Source: Fluviicola sp. (GTDB lineage: Bacteria; Bacteroidota; Bacteroidia; Flavobacteriales_D; Crocinitomicaceae). Taken from it: 64,000 bases of DNA. The translations under genes and the position numbers were made by a program. The notes under the pieces were generated by a model. That model saw only the letters and a list, made by a program, of their open reading frames with translations, did not search any database and was not told the DNA's origin. Positions 37,783-47,390 of the stretch are shown here, one piece after another. The number at the start of each line of letters is the position of its first letter. Positions within the stretch are counted from its first letter, which is position 1. Location: assembly GCA_043721195.1 (NCBI GenBank), contig JAYSRF010000108.1, positions 21,341 to 85,340 on the forward strand, read 5' to 3'.

Positions 37783-38927
37783 GCGTTTTCAAGTAAGTTG
37801 TTTGTTACTAAAACGGTTTCAAATGTTGATAGAAACTCTTCCATTTCTTCCTGTTTAATCGTCAATGGAGGTAATAAGCGCAAGGTAAAAGGGCAAGCGG
37901 AAGAACCAGTTACTATTCCAGCTAAGAGCAGTTGTTCTTGGATGACGGTGGCTTTGATTTTCAACCGAATTCCAAGCATAAGTCCACGACCACGAATTGC
38001 TTCTACGCCATCGATTTCAAGCAGTTTGTTTTTTAATAGTTCCCCAGCTTCACGTGCTTTTTCCATCCATTTACCTGCTTCCAACTCATCCAAAACGGCT
38101 TTCATGGCAGCGCACGCAAGGTAACTTCCACCGAAAGTTGTTCCCAATTGTCCTTTTATGGCTGGAATTTTTTCATGAACCAAGACTCCAGCAACTGGAA
38201 AGCCATTCCCAATTCCTTTTGCCATGGTGACTAAATCAGGTATGATGTTCCAGTGTTGAAATGCAAAATAGGTTCCCGTTCGACCACAACCACTTTGAAT
38301 TTCATCGGCAATCAATAACGTTTCGGTTTTTTGACAGGTTGTTTTTAAAACATTCCAAACAGCTTCACTTGCTTCAAAAACGCCTGCAACTCCTTGAATT
38401 CCTTCAATGATAACGGCAGCATATTCGCGTGTTAAAAGCAATTTTTTTAAACCTTCAGCATCATTCAAATCAACAAAATCTTGCGTTAGCATTTCGCCAT
38501 AAGGTGAACGAATACTCGCATTATCTGTCACAGCGAGCGCGCCAATTGTTCGACCGTGAAATGCGCCTTTGAATGCTAAAATTTTGGATCGTTTGGTATA
38601 AAAAGAAGCAATTTTTAAAACATTTTCATTCGCTTTTGCTCCACTATTGCATAAAAATAGATCGTGGTTGTTTAGTCCCGAAATACGTCCAAGAATTTCA
38701 GCCAATGTTGCTTGTTCGTGAATCGTAACCGCATTGGAATAATAGGAAATTTGACTCAATTGGTTGGTTAGAGCGCCTGTCCAACGTGGATGATTGTGTC
38801 CAATAGAGATAACACCATGACCACCATAAAAATCGAGGAATGGTTGCGCATTTTCGTCTAGTAAAGTTGCGCCATTTGCAGAAACAAAAGCCAGTTTCCA
38901 AGGATGGTATACATCAAAATTTTTCAT
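37779..38927 (-). CDS. argD: N-acylornithine aminotransferase
   Basis: DFYGGHGVISIGH, FHGRT, IADEIQSG, TMAKGIGNG, TTFGGSYL. Confidence 0.92.
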   Translation of the reverse strand: MKNFDVYHPWKLAFVSANGATLLDENAQPFLDFYGGHGVISIGHNHPRWTGALTNQLSQISYYSNAVTIHEQATLAEILGRISGLNNHDLFLCNSGAKANENVLKIASFYTKRSKILAFKGAFHGRTIGALAVTDNASIRSPYGEMLTQDFVDLNDAEGLKKLLLTREYAAVIIEGIQGVAGVFEASEAVWNVLKTTCQKTETLLIADEIQSGCGRTGTYFAFQHWNIIPDLVTMAKGIGNGFPVAGVLVHEKIPAIKGQLGTTFGGSYLACAAMKAVLDELEAGKWMEKAREAGELLKNKLLEIDGVEAIRGRGLMLGIRLKIKATVIQEQLLLAGIVTGSSACPFTLRLLPPLTIKQEEMEEFLSTFETVLVTNNLLENA

Positions 38928-39880
38928 ACATAATTCGGTTTAAATTGAAGCCCTGTTGTTTCTGGAAAACCAAAACGGATATTCATGTTTTGAATGGCTT
39001 GTCCAGCAGCTCCTTTGAGTAAATTGTCAATGATACTTGTGACGAATAAAACGCCGTCAATCACACGTGGTTGAATCATACAATAATTGGTTCCAACTAC
39101 TTGTTTTAAATCCAATTCTTCTTCCGTGATAAGAGTAAATGCTGCGTCTTTATAATACGTTTTATAGCATTTGACAGCTTCATCTTGCGACATAGTAGTG
39201 GGTGTATATAGCGTTGCAAAAATGCCGCGTGTAAAGGATCCGCGTAAAGGTGTAAACCACAATTTTGGGAAATCCAAATCTCCTTGTTTTTTAGCGGTTT
39301 GCTGACCATTGTGAATGAGTTCAAGTTCGTGTTGATGCGCAAAAACCTTGTAACTTGACACATTGTTTTCTCGCCACGTAAAATGACTACTTGCTTGTAA
39401 TTCTTGTCCTGCTCCAGACGATCCAGTGAGTGCATGAATGTGCCAATCGTTTGCTTGAAAACCAAGTGTTGGAAGCATTCCTAATTGAATCGCTGTAGCA
39501 AAACAACCTGGATTGGCAATGCGATTATTCAAGAGTGAACGATTCAATTCTGGTAGACCGTAAACAAATTCCGAACTAGTGCGAAAGTCCATACTCAGAT
39601 CAATAATCAGCACATTTTCTGAAATGGGATTTTCGGATAAAAACTGTTTGGAAAACCCATGACCACCACATAAAAAGAGGACATCGTAGTTGTTGTTTTC
39701 AAATTTGCTAAAGACCAAATCGTTTGGAATCACAGGATCTTTATGAAAAACAGAAACGGATTTCCCGAGTTGACTCGAACTCACAGCTTGAGTAAGTTCT
39801 ACGAATGGATGACGAGCCAAACAACCGATTAATTCGCGGGCAACATATCCTGCTGCTCCTATGATTGCTACTTTTTTCAT
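38924..39880 (-). CDS. argC: N-acyl-gamma-glutamyl-phosphate reductase
   Basis: Start MKKVAIIGAAGYV at 39880 (ATGA overlap with argG); IANPGCFAT, GSSGAG, DNLLKGAAGQA. Confidence 0.95.
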   Translation of the reverse strand: MKKVAIIGAAGYVARELIGCLARHPFVELTQAVSSSQLGKSVSVFHKDPVIPNDLVFSKFENNNYDVLFLCGGHGFSKQFLSENPISENVLIIDLSMDFRTSSEFVYGLPELNRSLLNNRIANPGCFATAIQLGMLPTLGFQANDWHIHALTGSSGAGQELQASSHFTWRENNVSSYKVFAHQHELELIHNGQQTAKKQGDLDFPKLWFTPLRGSFTRGIFATLYTPTTMSQDEAVKCYKTYYKDAAFTLITEEELDLKQVVGTNYCMIQPRVIDGVLFVTSIIDNLLKGAAGQAIQNMNIRFGFPETTGLQFKPNYV

Positions 39881-41088
39881 ATTGGTACCTCTGTTGAAAG
39901 TGCATGCCACATCTTTGTTTGCACACAGGTAATTTTGATAAATCCTTTCGCATCTTCGGCTGTCCATGCTGTTGTTCCTTCGCCATAGGCAGCAACTTTG
40001 GAATTGAGCAAATCGTTTTTTGAAACAACTCCACACAATTCAAAACGGTGCGGATAAAGCACTACTTCTACCGTTCCTGATACGCGTTGTTGACTTTGAG
40101 CTAAGTGTGCTTCCAAATCGCGCATTACTGGATCCATGAATTGACCTTCGTGAAACAAGGTTCCATACCATTCACTTTGCGGTTTTTTGAGTTGCAATTG
40201 CCATTTCGTAAGTGTGTGTTTTTCCAGTAATTGATGTGCTTTTATGAGAATGAGTGGAGCGGCTGCTACAAAAGCGATCCGTCCTTTGATTCCAACAATG
40301 GTATCTCCCACATGCATGTCACGCCCAATTCCAAACGGTCGTGCTAATTGGTCCAATTGTTTGATCAACTCAACAGGATGGAGCGATTGCCCATTCAATG
40401 CTACTGGTTCACCTTTATGAAAATCAATAACAACCGTTTTAGGCTGATTTTCAGTTAGTGGATAGGGCCAAGCAGCAGCTGGAAGTGCTAAATGAGAAGT
40501 CAATGTTTCCACACCACCAATACTTGTTCCCCACAACCCTTCGTTGATCGAATAGCTGGCAGATGAAGCGTTAATTGGAACATTCCACTCCTTTAATTGA
40601 TCTATTTCTGCTTGTCGTGAAAGTTGCAAATCTCGAATGGGCGTAAGAATCCCAATTGTAGGAATGAGTGCCTGAAATACTAAGTCAAATCGCACTTGAT
40701 CATTTCCAGCTCCTGTACTTCCATGTGCAACAAAATCAACCTTTTTTTCGATTGCTAATGCAGCAATTGCTTTGGCTTGAAAAACACGTTCTGAACTTAC
40801 TGATAGCGGATAAGAATCGTTTTTTAGCACATTTCCAAAGAGCAGAAATTTCAATCCGTTGGTATAATAATCTGCGCTAACATCAATTGTGGTGTGCGAT
40901 GTCACTTGCATGGATTGTGCTTTTTCTTCGATTTCAGCAACTTCTTTTTCTGAAAAACAACCCGTGTTGATGAATACAGTATGAACGATGAGATTGATTT
41001 CGCGACGCAAATAATGAGCGCAAAATGTGGTGTCTAATCCTCCAGAAAAGGCTAATAAAACGGATTGTTGTGGTGTTGCTATTTTCAT
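39877..41088 (-). CDS. argG: Argininosuccinate synthase
   Basis: LAFSGGLDT, HGSTGAGNDQVRF, YSINEGLWG, VGIKGR. Confidence 0.95.
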   Translation of the reverse strand: MKIATPQQSVLLAFSGGLDTTFCAHYLRREINLIVHTVFINTGCFSEKEVAEIEEKAQSMQVTSHTTIDVSADYYTNGLKFLLFGNVLKNDSYPLSVSSERVFQAKAIAALAIEKKVDFVAHGSTGAGNDQVRFDLVFQALIPTIGILTPIRDLQLSRQAEIDQLKEWNVPINASSASYSINEGLWGTSIGGVETLTSHLALPAAAWPYPLTENQPKTVVIDFHKGEPVALNGQSLHPVELIKQLDQLARPFGIGRDMHVGDTIVGIKGRIAFVAAAPLILIKAHQLLEKHTLTKWQLQLKKPQSEWYGTLFHEGQFMDPVMRDLEAHLAQSQQRVSGTVEVVLYPHRFELCGVVSKNDLLNSKVAAYGEGTTAWTAEDAKGFIKITCVQTKMWHALSTEVPI

Positions 41089-41660
41089 GATGTATGCGTA
41101 TTTTTTTTAATGTGAATGATTGTTTTTGTGCTTTCGTTCGGGTCCAAAAGCATTCCTGTACACAAGCAATGTTTTCTGCCTGTTCGTTTGAGAATGTCAT
41201 TGTTTACACAACCGCTGCATCCTTTCCAAAACTGTTCATCGTCTGTTAATTCGGAGAATGTAACGGGTTTGTATCCTAAATCGGAATTGATTTTCATGAC
41301 CGCAAGACTGGTGGTAATTCCAAAGATTTTGGCAGTTGGATATTTTGCTTGTGACAACGCTAAAATCTTGGTTTTGATTTGTTTAGCGAGACCAGTTTTC
41401 CTATAGTCTTCGTGAACGATTAATCCAGAATTCGCAACAAATTGTTCGTGTCCCCACGATTCGATGTAACAAAATCCGATTGGTTTTTCGTCAAATAGTG
41501 CAATAACCGCCTTGCCTTCGATCATTTTTTGAGTCAGGTATTCTGGCGATCGTTTAGCGATTCCAGTTCCCCGTTTTGTTGCAGCATCTGCCATTAATTG
41601 GCAAAAAAAGTCTGCGTGACCAACATGTGAACTGTCAGCCACAACAATAGAAATAGCCAT
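41085..41660 (-). CDS. GNAT N-acyltransferase, probable N-acylglutamate synthase (first gene of arg operon)
   Basis: RGTGIAKRSPEY, FVANSGLIV...YRKTGLA, FSELTDDEQFWKGC...CLCTGM; operon position. Confidence 0.8.
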   Translation of the reverse strand: MAISIVVADSSHVGHADFFCQLMADAATKRGTGIAKRSPEYLTQKMIEGKAVIALFDEKPIGFCYIESWGHEQFVANSGLIVHEDYRKTGLAKQIKTKILALSQAKYPTAKIFGITTSLAVMKINSDLGYKPVTFSELTDDEQFWKGCSGCVNNDILKRTGRKHCLCTGMLLDPNESTKTIIHIKKNTHTS

Positions 41661-41709
41661 TTCTGTTGTGAATTAAAATGAAATAAATAAAAAGGAATTT
41701 TTCAAAACG

Positions 41710-41728
41710 GCAGAGTACGTAACTCCGC
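41710..41728 (-). terminator. Putative attenuator hairpin in the arg leader
   Basis: Minus strand GCGGAGT-TACGT-ACTCTGC followed by CGTTTTG; U-tract is weak. Confidence 0.45.
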
Positions 41729-41739
41729 ATAACATATCT

Positions 41740-41805
41740 TTACCCCAAGGGGCGTCTACGTCTTAGAACGACGGATCTTAACTGATATGTTGTTGTTTTT
41801 TTCAT
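41740..41805 (-). CDS. Putative arginine leader peptide MKKTTTYQLRSVVLRRRRPLG (21 aa, not in ORF track)
   Basis: ATG 10 nt after the -7 promoter box; five Arg codons, four consecutive (AGA CGT AGA CGC); lies upstream of the arg operon. Confidence 0.75.
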   Translation of the reverse strand: MKKTTTYQLRSVVLRRRRPLG

Positions 41806-41814
41806 TGAATGGCA

Positions 41815-41822
41815 CAAAAGTA
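41815..41822 (-). promoter_or_regulatory. -7 promoter element of the arg leader/operon
   Basis: TACTTTTG on the minus strand followed by TGCC. Confidence 0.7.
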
Positions 41823-42223
41823 ATGGACTTATTTAGATAAACAACAGAATATCAACGTTTCATAAAATGTTCTTTGTTGGTTTATTTAATAAGAGAAGAT
41901 AATTAATTGAAATCGAAGCATTTAACTAAATCGATTTTATGTAATTTTTTTAACAAAAACACAATTGTTTGTGGATTCTGAGTGTTGAGTGTGCGTGTTT
42001 TTTCACCAGCAGGACTCAAGGATCTCAACTTTTTTAGTGCCATTTGCTTAAATTGGTTTTCGTTCTTCCTTGTTTTCTTTGTGAAAGGTTAAATCTCCTA
42101 TTAAATACTGAGTTTTCGGGAATTTTCATTTCAAAATGTGGAGGAGTACTTGTTGTTTTTTATAAAAATTATGTATTATTGTGGTGCATAAACAATTGAT
42201 TACTATTCACATAAACAGCCAAT

Positions 42224-43648
42224 ATGACAACACCTTCTACTCAGTCTAAAGTCAGGCTTGTCAACGAAAAGAACAAAGTCACCATTCTTCAGCGTATCGG
42301 CGTTATCATGATTATTGCTGGATTACTCGGTCTGATTACCTCTTTGTTCTTTCATTCGGATGTCAGTAAAGATGACCATCCAGATGCAGCATCCGCACCA
42401 GTTGCAGCGATCTCTTTTTTCATCACGATGCTTGGCGTTGCTTTCGCGTTCCCGACTATGCTGCGAGGCAAAGAAGGCATCAGCACGATGCGCATTGTTG
42501 TGTTCATGATGGCCAATGTGATCTGCATGCTACTGATCAAATTCGGTTGGCAGGTCAACAATTTACAGGAAATCGGGTTAGACGAATGGTGGATGGGCGT
42601 GATTGCATTTGTGTTTGGCGCGAAGGCAACGCAGAGTTATTTTGAGAGTAAATTGGCAGTGCCACGTGATACCAAAAATGGTAATCCAACTTCTTTGGGA
42701 AATACCCCTGAAAATTCCGCTACAGGAGTCACTTACACACATGCGGAAATTGCCCGATTTGCGGTGGCACAGAACGAGCAAAACCTGCGCATACAATTCC
42801 CAAATATTGTTTCTGTCAGTGATACGGTCGATAATCTTTCGAAACCGAATTCGCATGTCGTCGCGTTGTATTTGAAAGATGATAATACCTCGCGCATTCC
42901 TGCTCAACTGGAGGCAAAGATGCCAGATGGTAGTGTGCAGAGTATTGCGACGGAGGTGATATCCGAAAGCGGTGATGCAACTCCTCATTTAAACCAGGGG
43001 GATACCGTTGCAGATGTCAGAGATGCGAGTTATATCGGTTCCATTTGTTGTGCTGTTCAATCGATTAGCAACCCCTCTATTAAAGGAATTGTTACTTCAG
43101 CTCACATCTTCACCCATGGCAATTACGATACGGACAATAATAGTGTTCTCAGTGCTGATCTTCGAAGGGATGTTTTATTAGAGGGCAAAGCACAGGCAAA
43201 ATGGTTTTATAAACAGATGCTTCCCGATCAGGACTTCATCGTTGCAAAATTGAATGATGGAATATCAGAAGACGATATTACCAATCTCAAACGTTTTAAC
43301 AACCGCTATTATGATATCACAGACGCAGATGTCCAAAATCGTACAGTCGTTTCGATCCTCGCTCATGGCGGTAAGAAAACGGATGCTTATATTCTGGATA
43401 AGAACATCAATTACCCTTTCAAATATGCGAACGGTAGCTTTTTCAAAACAAACATTATTTTGATAGGCAACACTAAAATCCGAAAAAACTCACTTCCTGT
43501 TTCTACTAGCGGAGATTCAGGAAGTCCTGTATTTGTGACAATTAACAACGAGGATCACTTAGTCGGAATCTTGTTGGGATCCAATCAAAAATTCACCTTC
43601 GTACTGCCGGTGAAAGACACAATCTCTAATGGATTTAATCTCATCTAA
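42224..43648 (+). CDS. Membrane-anchored trypsin-like serine protease (4 TM + NAL1-like prodomain + S1-type domain)
   Basis: Four hydrophobic segments in the first ~140 aa; triad motifs VTSAHIF (His), QDFIVAK (Asp), SGDSGSP (Ser). Confidence 0.75.
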   Translation: MTTPSTQSKVRLVNEKNKVTILQRIGVIMIIAGLLGLITSLFFHSDVSKDDHPDAASAPVAAISFFITMLGVAFAFPTMLRGKEGISTMRIVVFMMANVICMLLIKFGWQVNNLQEIGLDEWWMGVIAFVFGAKATQSYFESKLAVPRDTKNGNPTSLGNTPENSATGVTYTHAEIARFAVAQNEQNLRIQFPNIVSVSDTVDNLSKPNSHVVALYLKDDNTSRIPAQLEAKMPDGSVQSIATEVISESGDATPHLNQGDTVADVRDASYIGSICCAVQSISNPSIKGIVTSAHIFTHGNYDTDNNSVLSADLRRDVLLEGKAQAKWFYKQMLPDQDFIVAKLNDGISEDDITNLKRFNNRYYDITDADVQNRTVVSILAHGGKKTDAYILDKNINYPFKYANGSFFKTNIILIGNTKIRKNSLPVSTSGDSGSPVFVTINNEDHLVGILLGSNQKFTFVLPVKDTISNGFNLI

Positions 43649-43664
43649 CATAAATGCTACTATT

Positions 43665-46568
43665 ATGAAGACAACTCTTTCACTACTACTTTTTGTAGGT
43701 TTCGTTTGTTTAAATGCAACTGCTCAAACAGGAAAATTCTACATCGAGCTGGATGCCGGGAATAAACCAACGGTGAAGCCTATTGGTAAATCCAACGTAA
43801 GCAACAAATATGATACGCTCCAATTGTGTTTTCCAAAGTCTATGGAGAATACGAAAATCACATTCTATGATTCACCTGACAAAGCAATGCCTGTTTTTAA
43901 AGATTCGAAGATTGTTGATCTGGCAGATGGGACGGATGAAGACACAAGTATTATAACCATCTTGAAAGTCAACGGCAATTACATAATCGAAGGCAAAACC
44001 TCTCCCAATATACCTGAAGATTTCACCATTGCTTTCAATAATAATCACACTTCGGTCTTTCATCTGGGAAAACCATCTGCCTCTGCCCAAACAGGTAAGT
44101 TCTATATCGAGCTGGGTGCTGGGAATAAACCAAATGTCAAGCCAGTTGGACAATCCAACATAAGTAACAAATATGAAACGCTCCAATTGTGTTTTCCAAA
44201 GTCAATGGAGAATACGAAAATCACATTCTTTAATTCATTTGATAAAGCAACACCTGTTTTTAAAGATAATAAGATCGTTGATCTGGCAAATGGAACATAC
44301 AAAGACACTAGTATTATAACGATCTCTAAAACCAACGGCAATTATACAATTGCAGATAAAACTTCTCCCAATTTACCTCAAAATTTCACCATTGCTTTCG
44401 ATAATAATCACACCTCGGTCTTTCATCTGGGAAAACCATCTGTAAACCCTGCCTATCGTCCAGGATATTTGTTATACGATGCCATATACATCAGCGAGCA
44501 TTGGAAAGCACAAAAAGGAGATACCATCAATTTGATTCTAAAATCGTACGGTATTAAAGATTCAAACGAACTCAAAGCAAACAATTACCTCAACAGTGTT
44601 CTCAAAGGACTTCATAAACTACCCAAAGAAGTAGTAGTGGAAGCTCATGGTGCTGGAAATCTAACCATTTCGAGTATGTTGAGTTCCGTTGGCAATCTCG
44701 ACGTCACCAATTTCGCTGACGGCCTCGCCAAATTCATTGTAGACCGCACGAAACAGGAACTCAACATCGCGTTCTTCAACAAATTCAAAGAAGCTTTGAG
44801 CGATCCGAAGTATGTTGACCTGAAAACCGTTTTCCCGGAAACTTACGAAGTATTGATGGTCATTGATAACCAGATTTACAATTACGATGATTATTTGCAG
44901 GCAATGCGAAGCGCTTTTGACCGTGATCTTTCAGATTTACCGACCAATCTGCCGTCGATCATCGATAATCATGGTTCCTATTTCGATGCAAATCCCGATC
45001 TGAAAGTCATTCTGCAAAGCAGTTTTTACATCGCTCAACAAGTGCAGTTGAAAGAACATCCTGGACAAATGATTGAGAATTATCCAGTAGATGAGTTCAT
45101 GGGAAGGTCATCCGCATCTGGAAAACCAACGGGAATCAATCAAAACATTGCTTCTTCTTTTAAAACGTTGCAATTGATCTCCAAATCCTTCAAAAGCAAA
45201 ACTGATTCCGATTCCCTTACACACTACTGGGCAAGCGACACTCTGATCAAAAAGTTGTTCAACGACGACGTTGCTGTAAAAATATATATCGGACTCCTAG
45301 AACAACAGGCAAAGAATGAAGCTATAGTTTTTGAAGGAAAGGAGCTTTGGAAAATCATCGACACTTCCTATGCTTTAAAACGCGGCTATGAGGAATACAA
45401 AAACCATTTCCGCACAGTTTCTTCAAAAATCCGTGATATTGAGAACGAGATCGATGCTCTCAAAGCAATCGACAAAGATTCCCTAAAGATTGAGAAATAC
45501 CACGATATCGCTAGTAAAGCACTCGATCTGATGGATCATTTGGTAACGGTCGAAAAAATGCCATACTTCCCAGAGAACCTGAAGATCAAAGAAAAAGCAG
45601 GTATCTATATTTATTCAGCCCGCACGGCATCGGATATTGTCATCGACGTCAACAGAAAACAATACGCCTCTGCGATCATGAAAACTGTGATGTTGTACGA
45701 CACGATCTTCCATAAGGAAGCGGTTGATAGCTTCTCATTGAATTCGTTTGATCAATTGCATAAAACCAATTTGACTCAACAGATAGCACATCTACAACAA
45801 AAAACCAGTGTGAAACAACCTAAAAAGGATCGAAGAAAGCTTCAAAAAGCTCAAAGAAAGCTTGAAAATTCTGATGATTATAAACATTTCAAAGAATGGA
45901 ATGACAGTATTCAAAAAGACATTTCGATGATTTCTAAGTCACTTCTCCAATACGGAACATTTATGGCAACCATGATTGATGCCAAAACATCAGATGATGT
46001 CGAAGCTGCCATCGAGGCTGCAGCATTACCAGTTGGATCCGCACGTATCAAACGGGAATCAACATTCAACATCGCATTGAACGCTTATTGTGGTCCGTAT
46101 ATGGGCTATGAGCGTGTCTTTGACCTCGATCCGAAGTGGATGTCAGCCAAGAAAAGCACCATAAACAGTTACGGACTTACTGCCCCAGTAGGAATATCCA
46201 TTAGCTATGGTGGAAATTATAAAGGGGTGAAAAACCATTCTTCTTACAGCCTTTTCCTATCGGTGATTGACGTCGGTGCTATTGCTTCTTTCCGTTTCAA
46301 TGACTCAACAACAGAAGTTTTGCCGACTATCCAGCTGAAAAACATCCTTTCACCAGGAATTTTCTTTTCATACGGAATTCCTACTTTGCCAATTTCTGTG
46401 AATGCTGGCTGGCAAATGGGACCTCTTCTGCGAAAGGTCGATGCGGAAATTAATGAAAACACCTATAGCGAACGCTATGGCCGTGTAAGTATTTCGATTT
46501 GCGTTGACATACCAATCGTTAATTTTTACACATTCACAAGTTCTAACAAACCGAGATTCAGACTTTAG
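43665..46568 (+). CDS. Large exported hypothetical protein with duplicated N-terminal domain, helical core and beta-strand-rich C-terminus
   Basis: Signal peptide MKTTLSLLLFVGFVCLNATAQ from ATG 43665; 121-aa tandem repeat; C-terminal amphipathic strands (FNIALNAYCG, YSLFLSVIDVG, ISVNAGWQMG, VSISICVDIP). Confidence 0.8.
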   Translation: MKTTLSLLLFVGFVCLNATAQTGKFYIELDAGNKPTVKPIGKSNVSNKYDTLQLCFPKSMENTKITFYDSPDKAMPVFKDSKIVDLADGTDEDTSIITILKVNGNYIIEGKTSPNIPEDFTIAFNNNHTSVFHLGKPSASAQTGKFYIELGAGNKPNVKPVGQSNISNKYETLQLCFPKSMENTKITFFNSFDKATPVFKDNKIVDLANGTYKDTSIITISKTNGNYTIADKTSPNLPQNFTIAFDNNHTSVFHLGKPSVNPAYRPGYLLYDAIYISEHWKAQKGDTINLILKSYGIKDSNELKANNYLNSVLKGLHKLPKEVVVEAHGAGNLTISSMLSSVGNLDVTNFADGLAKFIVDRTKQELNIAFFNKFKEALSDPKYVDLKTVFPETYEVLMVIDNQIYNYDDYLQAMRSAFDRDLSDLPTNLPSIIDNHGSYFDANPDLKVILQSSFYIAQQVQLKEHPGQMIENYPVDEFMGRSSASGKPTGINQNIASSFKTLQLISKSFKSKTDSDSLTHYWASDTLIKKLFNDDVAVKIYIGLLEQQAKNEAIVFEGKELWKIIDTSYALKRGYEEYKNHFRTVSSKIRDIENEIDALKAIDKDSLKIEKYHDIASKALDLMDHLVTVEKMPYFPENLKIKEKAGIYIYSARTASDIVIDVNRKQYASAIMKTVMLYDTIFHKEAVDSFSLNSFDQLHKTNLTQQIAHLQQKTSVKQPKKDRRKLQKAQRKLENSDDYKHFKEWNDSIQKDISMISKSLLQYGTFMATMIDAKTSDDVEAAIEAAALPVGSARIKRESTFNIALNAYCGPYMGYERVFDLDPKWMSAKKSTINSYGLTAPVGISISYGGNYKGVKNHSSYSLFLSVIDVGAIASFRFNDSTTEVLPTIQLKNILSPGIFFSYGIPTLPISVNAGWQMGPLLRKVDAEINENTYSERYGRVSISICVDIPIVNFYTFTSSNKPRFRL
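43722..44442 (+). repeat. Intragenic tandem duplication, 363-bp period (2 copies)
   Basis: GCTCAAACAGGAAAATTCTAC at 43722 vs GCCCAAACAGGTAAGTTCTAT at 44085; both end TTTCATCTGGGAAAACCATCTG. Confidence 0.95.
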
Positions 46569-46592
46569 AACGCGATTGATCAGATTTATTTG

Positions 46593-46630
46593 GTCCCGGA
46601 ATGCAATTTGATATTCTGGGACTTTTATTG
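46593..46630 (+). terminator. Intrinsic terminator after the large exported protein
   Basis: GTCCCGGAAT...ATTCTGGGAC stem followed by TTTTATTG. Confidence 0.65.
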
Positions 46631-46832
46631 TTTCAATTCACATTATAAGTACTTATTAACCCCCATTCCGCGATTGCTAATGCCTAAACATTTTTGTGTT
46701 TGACCACTAATCGCTTAAAAACCGATTCAATAATGGTTCGTGTTTTTTCTCCATGAAATCCGAAGAGCAGGTTGAATAGCTGTTCTTGTCAAAAAGGATT
46801 TGTTAGCTATTTTAAAAGAATGCTGAATTGGT

Positions 46833-47360
46833 TCAACTCACCCTTTTAAACGTGCGCATCTTTTTCAAGGCAGGAGATTTAATGAGTTTTTTCCACTCTT
46901 TATCGGTTGCTAAATACTTTACAAAAACGATTCCTTCTTCTGTATCTTCTTCTTGGTAATGCTTTACGTATCGCTTCGCGTCTTCATCAAAACCATAGAC
47001 AACCAATTCATTCGGGTTGGGAAGTTTAATGATGTAATTCAACCATAAACTATCTCCAGCAATGCTGAATACAAAGTCGTTACCTAGTCTTCGAATTTCT
47101 ACAGAATCAGTAACCAAGTACATTGTTTGCGGTGAATCAGGTGCTAATGAATTCATTTCATACGTCACAGAAGAATCATCAAATGCAACTTTATCGACAT
47201 AAAATGCAGTACTTTCCTCTGTTGATTCCCATGAACCATGTAATGCGGCAGGAAAGGATTTTAAAGGTTTTTCCTTACTGGGTTGTGCTTTATCAAAAGC
47301 TGCTGCAGTACATGATTGGATTGCTAAAGCAATTAGAAGAAAATACCAAAAATGTTTCAT
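46833..47360 (-). CDS. Lipoprotein, hypothetical
   Basis: MKHFWYFLLIALAIQSC lipobox. Confidence 0.75.
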   Translation of the reverse strand: MKHFWYFLLIALAIQSCTAAAFDKAQPSKEKPLKSFPAALHGSWESTEESTAFYVDKVAFDDSSVTYEMNSLAPDSPQTMYLVTDSVEIRRLGNDFVFSIAGDSLWLNYIIKLPNPNELVVYGFDEDAKRYVKHYQEEDTEEGIVFVKYLATDKEWKKLIKSPALKKMRTFKRVS

Positions 47361-47390
47361 GCGTTGAATTTTCAGGAAAGATAAATAGGA

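Noticed and set aside
41900-42045. 46-aa minus-strand ORF (MALKKLRSLSPAGEK...) in the gap upstream of the protease island
   Set aside because: No recognisable motif or context; likely a chance ORF
41661-42223. tRNA/att site or integrase at the borders of the protease island and the mobile mystery pair
   Set aside because: No tRNA cloverleaf, direct repeats or recombinase gene found, so the island boundaries are inferred only from gaps and composition
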